A stretch of 64,000 nucleotides of DNA from the NCBI GenBank assembly GCA_030704615.1, contig CM060734.1:4464001-4528000 (forward strand). The letters run 5' to 3'. The notes below the pieces were generated by a model. The model saw nothing but the letters and a program-made list of their open reading frames with translations, had not been told where the DNA came from and searched no databases. Positions within the stretch are counted from its first letter, which is position 1. Every line of letters begins with the position of its first letter. Below, piece by piece: positions 60,251 through 64,000 of the stretch. A program made the translations under genes and the position numbers. The DNA comes from Takakia lepidozioides (Eukaryota; Plantae; Bryophyta).

Positions 60251-63170
60251 ATGGCGGAAAACCCGAGCGCTACAGTGTACTGCCCTCCTCACGAGCATAG
60301 AGCTTCATTTCCGTGCAGAGGGGACATTTGTCAGATGATGGAGAAATATCTGTGCGTTCGATACCACCTGAAACCGGGGTCGGTTTTTTTGGAGGAGGAA
60401 AGGAAGGACTCAAACGGCCTTGTTGTCGAGAGTATTGTTGTGCTCCACGATGATTTCGGCGATGGCAGGGAATGGCGAGTTCCACCATCGGACAGCGTCA
60501 TATACAGGGCTGTTGGGGACTTCATTTGCCCGCCAAATGCACCTTCTATCCTGGCGCCTTCCACGAAACAATCCGCGAATCAGAGAGTGGCTACCTCAAA
60601 GAGAGAAGTCCGCAACGAAGTAAATCCAGAGCCGAACCCATCCATGAAGACGAGCGAGAACCGGGTTGTTCACAACCTGTCCGACTCAGACGAGGTCATG
60701 GAAGTTCCGAGGTCATCCTGGAGATCAGGCAAGTCCTCAATGGACGTAAGTGGAGGAGGGAGTAATGTTCCCAGCACGAGCACCGCAGTTCGATCTATTC
60801 TTGAAATTCTGCGAGGGCTTCACCTGGAGGGACACCGGTCGGAGCTGGCCGGGCTGGACTACAGCAAGTTCGCAATTAAATCGGTTACATGCCTTCCCGC
60901 CGACGTCGACGGTAATATCTTCTTTGAGTTCCCTCCTCGGGCGGACTACTCGAGGGCGTCCGGAATGTTGACAGATATGGATAGAAAACATGACGGTCAT
61001 CCTTGGTGCGTTACCAAAACCACCAGCATGAAGATGCTCGATGGTGTGCGGGTGCGCTACGTTGTTTGTGCGGGCGCGTTGCGGTGTTTCTCCCCAACTT
61101 GCTTCCACTTTAAATCCAGAGGTCACAGGAACGAGACCGATTGGACAGGCACAGCTCATCAACCATTTCGAGCTCAGGAGAAGGTTCCGAACTCCACATT
61201 TAAGTGTGCGCATTGCAAAGAACCACCACACTGCATGTCTGTTTGTAATGCCAAGCACTTCTATGTGTTGCACCGTTTCCCTGAACTCACCCGAGCTTGC
61301 ATACACGTTGGTTCCCATTGTCACAAATTGGCGAGGGGGAACTCGCGGGAGGCTGCCCACGAAGCAGAGCAGCTTGTTCAGGAGGAGGTTAAGTTGAGAC
61401 CGGGTGCCAAACCCAAACAGATACAGCTCCAAGCCGCCCATAAGATGGCATTGGCCAGAATTATGTCGGAAGACGGCTCCGATAGAGTTCCTCTCGATGA
61501 GAAGGAAATGGAGGCATTGCTGGAGTCGGTGTCCCACGTATGTTCACCGAATGTCCGAAACCACATTGTCTCATGCAAACAGAAAATTGGGCTGGCTCGG
61601 ATATGCACTCCATTCTGGAGGTGAAGCGACGATGTGGATATGACTACATTCATGGAAGTAGGTTTCCAGGACAAGGGACTGAGGCAGATCGTTGTTTCGT
61701 ATTCAAAATGTCCACGTGTGGACCTGGCAGCGGCGTCGAACTGGTCGACAGGATGACGAGTGGGGACTTGTCAAACAGTTGGGTCATGTTCGACCATATC
61801 AAGCGAATTACAAATCACCAGTGGGTGACAATGGGTGCACATGTCTACGACACCCACTACAGGATGCTAATGACAATTGCTATTTGTGAGATGAAAGGAG
61901 AGGACACACAATCGGAGATGCTTCTTTGGCAGGGAATAAACGAACAGATGGCCAAGGCGGGATTGCCCCCTCCCAATTTCCGTGGTTTCATGGCGGACAA
62001 CGCACAAGCAAATTGGGCTGCCATCCGAAGGGTGTACGGGCAAGACCCCAATGTTCTCATGGAAGGCAAGGAGAGATCTTGTGGGTTCCATTTTCTGCAG
62101 AGCCTTTCACAGTACACAACCAGGCTCGTGGCGCCAGATTTCAGAGAGGAGCACCGTTCCATGTGCCTTGCGCAGAAGCGCGCTCCCACCTTGGATGATG
62201 CAGAGACACAGTTTGCATGTATACGGGCTTGGTGGACATCGTCAGGTGCTGTAAGGAAATCAGACGAGGGAGAAATGGTCAGTTGGCTAGCATGGTGGCA
62301 TTATCGTTTCCTCCAGTTCGGCGACTATATGCGGGAGGTGAGTTGCACGAATTCGCGTCCCGTTGAATATTATTCTTGGCCATATTTGTAACTTGCTTGT
62401 AACCTCAACATGTGCTTGTGCAGGAAATGTGTCTCGACTCCGACACCGACATGCCCACGACAAACATGGCCGAATCAGTGCACTCTTCCTGGCATGCCTC
62501 CTCTGCGGCGCATCTGGTGGACATCCTCACTGCCACAACGGAGGACATTGTGAGGTCAATTATGCAGCAATGCAGGTACAACGAGTTCTTGAAAGGGAAA
62601 CAGTGGGGCTTGGGGCCGGACAGGCAGGAAATGCTAATGCGGACTGCCTCTAGATCGAAGAATCCTTGGAAGTAGGCGGCGGCCTTGCGAGAGGGCCTTC
62701 GGGACACGCCATTGCTGCGAAGAGGCCAACATTTGGAAAGAGATGTTCATACCCGTCCAGTGAGACGAAGACTTGACGAGGCACCTGGCGGAGAAGAGGA
62801 TTCATGGCGAGCTCACAAGAATATTCGCACGCTCCCTCGTGGTCCGGTGATGTTGCCCGAGGAGGTCTCGTCGAGCACCGCAAATCCTGCACGTTCAAGA
62901 TCGCCATCTCCTTTGAGCACAGGGCGCGTGCCCTGGCAACATAACGAGCCATCTGTAGTAAAGCAGTACAACATTCCCATTGTGGAGACTAGAGTGTCGG
63001 AGTCACAGTGGAGAATTGCGAGGACATTGCCGGCATTTTCGAGGGAAGTGCTGCGCCATCCGGGTGGATACGAGAGCACGCTGTGGTGAGATGATTCGGA
63101 GGAACCCACACGGTGCTGTACCTGCACCTTGTTTCAGCGGCAGATTTTTGACTCCCACATTTGCTCACGC
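60251..63170 (+). pseudogene. MULE-like DDE transposase with a GCM/WRKY-like zinc DNA-binding domain
   Basis: C.G..RC...C...CAHC..C...CIHVGSHCH (GCM-like); VMFDH, FMADNAQA, CGFH (CxxH), and PTTNMAESVH after an intron at 62338-62423. One frameshift near 61590, a TAG at 62673, and truncation by a family A fragment. Confidence 0.75.
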
Positions 63171-63171
63171 C

Positions 63172-64000
63172 ACTGAAGTGGTGTTGGAGAGTCTGAACTC
63201 TCCGTTGGCTCTGCCACATCTTCCTCTCCTTCTTTATCTTGTGATTCAAAAATTGGAGTTCCTGCTTTTGGTGTCCCATGCCAACTCTGATCAAAGATTT
63301 TTGTCAAATCCTTAATCCAGGGATGTACCTCAGATCTCTCCCCTCGTGGCTGATCTTCTTCCTCTATCAAATCCCTTAATCTTTCTTGTAAAGAATAAGA
63401 AGGAGTGGCATCCAACTCCGGTTCCTCTGGTATGGGTGATGTACTCTCTGGTCCTAATGGTGTGAGAGGTCCAGATGATTCCCCTATGTCTATTCCTCTC
63501 TCCCAAAGATATGGATAATTAGCTTTCAAATAACTCTCTCTTTTTGCTGAATATATGTGAAGTCTAGCTTCTCTTTCATCACTCATGTCCCATGTCTTTC
63601 ATATCTTTAATGAGGCAATAACCAAAACTCTCTTCTGTAGTATCTCTCGTATATGCCTGGATTTCTCTCAAGCTTTAATGCACCCTTGGCTATACTAGAA
63701 GTTTCCGTTACCATATAACCATATGGCAAGCACGTCTGGAAAGCTGTTCTTGGTGTAAGTTTGATCCACATGATATCCTTAGGAATCCAATTCTTTACCA
63801 GTACTAGTTCTTCATGCATATGAGTGTAAACATTCACTTTTCGTTCCTCCCAGCCTTCAAACTCCACTCGTTTAATGGATAGCAACGCTATCACATAAAC
63901 CAGTGTTGGTAACCAACTTGCTCTCCCTCTACAGGCCACTTGATAAATCTTTAGCACTCTTTTCTCCAGACCCCACTATGGATCTGCATCATGCACTCTC
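63172..64000 (-). mobile_element. Family A fragment (ORF1 and gag N-terminus), runs off the window
   Basis: Near-identical to 30955-31790. Confidence 0.9.

Overview
Eukaryotic, repeat-saturated window with no ordinary host gene. The element lineages and spliceosomal introns suggest a streptophyte, probably a seed-free land plant; this is inferred. It is a nest of mobile elements scrambled by at least two overlapping inversions whose breakpoints can be rejoined almost base-for-base. (1) A ~12.35-kb Ty3/gypsy element (5077-10061 minus plus 22038-29402 plus) encodes gag-PR-DNMT3-like C5 methyltransferase-RT-RH-INT-PHD. It has a self-complementary primer-binding site and circularly permuted termini (A...PPT-B-GT-A-B) bounded by a 4-bp TSD, which suggests integration of a 2-LTR circle cut at a site inside the LTR. 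(2) An intron-containing gene combines a ParB/Srx-like domain with a beta-class N4C/N6A methyltransferase-like domain (minus, ~44900-57550). It lies divergent from a GCM-like/MULE transposase (60251-63170), with arrays of a 22-28-bp palindrome; fragments of a second, divergent family of this gene also occur. (3) Several pieces of a large non-chromovirus Ty3/gypsy family ('family A') with extra ORFs. (4) Two copies of a chromovirus ('family C') with 5-bp TSDs. (5) MULE and LINE relics. All domain calls come from reading motifs by eye; no database search was run.
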